From positions 4,960,001 through 5,024,000 of the forward strand of contig NC_043000.1 in assembly GCF_006345805.1 (NCBI RefSeq): a DNA stretch of 64,000 bases, written 5' to 3'. The notes below the pieces were generated by a model. That model had not been told where the DNA came from, did not search any database, and saw only the letters and a program-made list of their open reading frames with translations. Every line of letters begins with the position of its first letter. The stretch's first letter is position 1. The translations under genes were made by a program, and so were the position numbers. Source of the DNA: Octopus sinensis. Taxonomy: Eukaryota. This document shows, piece after piece, positions 62,355-64,000 of this stretch.

Positions 62355-62830
62355 GAACCTATGCTGGCAGAATTGTTAGCATGCCGGGCGAAATGCTTAG
62401 CGGTATTTCGTCTGCCGTTACGTTCTGAGTTCAAATTCCGCTGAGGTTGACTTTGCCTTTCATCCTTTTGGGGTCGATAAATTAAGTACCACTGATGCAC
62501 TGGGATCGATGTAATCGACTTAATCTGTTTTTCTGTCCTTGTTTGTCCCCTCTATGTTTAGCCCCTTGTGGGCAATAAATAAATAAGAATACTCATGTTC
62601 TGGTTAAAGATATCTTTTCTACTCTAGGCACAAGGCCCAAATTTTTGGGAAGGGAGCCAGTCGATTATATCGACCCCAGTATGCAACTGGTACTTAATTT
62701 ATTGACCCCGGAAAGATAAACAGCAAAGTCAACCTCGGCGGATTTGAACTCAGAACATAAAGACAAATGAAATACGCTAAGCATTTTGTCCAATGTGCTA
62801 ACGTTTCTGTCAGTTCACTACCTTCTGGTT
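62355..62830. mobile_element. Tail-to-tail SINE family B copies (62355-62590 plus, 62610-62830 minus)
   Basis: gctggcagaattgttagcatgccgggcgaaatgcttagcgg head and its reverse complement. Confidence 0.85.
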
Positions 62831-63316
62831 AAAGATATTATCCTTGAGTCTGGCACCCTAGAGCACTCGACCATTTACTGAATTTTCTGGTATAAAAGTT
62901 GAATTTTTCAGACGAAAATTTACAGCCAAAGAAAAAAAAAGATACGTAAGTCAATTTATACACCCAGATGACTTTGAAGGAGCAATAATTCTATGTGAAA
63001 TGTGGCAGAGTTTGGAAAGTTTGTAATGATGTTTGAATGGTTACATAATAAGTTTACAAATATCCTGTAAACTTGTATGCTAGGAAATAGAGTAAGTGTA
63101 ATGATTAAAACTCAACAGGATGAAATTACTTTAGTAAAAGCTGCCACTATAATCAAAACGTTCCACCAAAATAAAATGGAAAGAAAATATGAAAAATCAT
63201 TCCCTGAAATACCATTTTACATTTTTACCCCTCTCACTACCACCATAGATAAATTAAAAAATTAAGGATGATGATAATGATGATAGTAATAATCCTTTCT
63301 ACTATAGGCACTATAG

Positions 63317-63649
63317 TGAAGTCGCATGGCTCAGTGGTTAGATCATCGAGTTTACGATCGTGAGGTTGTGAGTTTGAATCCTCGACCGTGCTGCGTGTTG
63401 TGTTCTTGAGCAAGACACTTTATTTCACGTTGCTCCAGTTCATTCAGCTGTAGGAATGAGTTGCGATGTCACAGGTGCCAAGCTGTATCTGCTGTTGCCT
63501 TTCCCTTGGATAACATCAGTGGTGTGGAGAGGGGAGGCCAGTATGCATGGGCGACTGCTGGTCTTCCATAAACAACCTTGCCCGGACTTGTGCCTGGGAG
63601 GGTAACTTTCTAGGTGCAATCCCATGGTCAGTCATGACTGAAGGGGGTC
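63317..63649 (+). mobile_element. tRNA-derived SINE family D
   Basis: A box tggctcagtggtta, B box gagtttgaatcc, core gtgttcttgagcaagacactttatttcacgttgctccagttc, distinct 3' part. Confidence 0.85.
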
Positions 63650-64000
63650 TCAATACTATAGGCACAAGGCCTGAAATTTTTGATGAGGGGAACAGTCGAT
63701 TGCATCAACCCCAGTACGTTACTGGTACTTATTTCATCGACCCTGAAAGGATGGCGGAATGTTAATTTGGAAGAGGCAGGCAGACGAAATGCTGCTAAGC
63801 ATCATTTCTGTTGTGTTAACAGTTCGGCTAGCTCAATAACGATTTAATACATAATTTGAAAATCACTTGAAGCAGTTACTCATGTAATAAGGGGATGCTT
63901 AAAACTGACCCCAAAGGGAGTACAAAAAAGAAGGGCATGAAAAAGTGGCTGTGCAAATACACTGGGAGTTGAGCAGGAAGTATGAGTAAGAACGTCCTAT

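Overview
AT-rich, microsatellite-dense metazoan DNA; the SINE types and repeat content point to an octopus (inference). One clear host coding exon is present: an 802-bp internal junctophilin exon (37336-38137, minus strand) with canonical splice sites. No other junctophilin exon was recognised, so most of the window is probably intronic. The rest is simple repeats, several tRNA-derived SINE families, RTE-clade LINE 3' ends (whose long 3' UTR accounts for a frequent SINE-like repeat), CR1-group, R4/Dong-like and RLE-type LINE fragments, a Tc1/mariner fragment, a HINE-like element, palindromic MITE-like elements and a ~3-kb structured 78-bp satellite. The most interesting signal is two unrelated non-coding elements carrying type I hammerhead ribozyme motifs, both embedded in (TA)n. 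Family R1 (26801-27643) is a 490-bp head-to-tail repeat with a hammerhead in each copy and predicted cleavage sites 489 nt apart. Family R2 (47029-47422, plus a junction-spanning copy at 17482-17645) is a ~352-bp unit with a decayed minimal hammerhead. Both look like non-LTR retrozymes or Penelope-like terminal repeats that could produce self-cleaving, circularisable RNAs. All structures were folded by eye and element boundaries are approximate unless stated.
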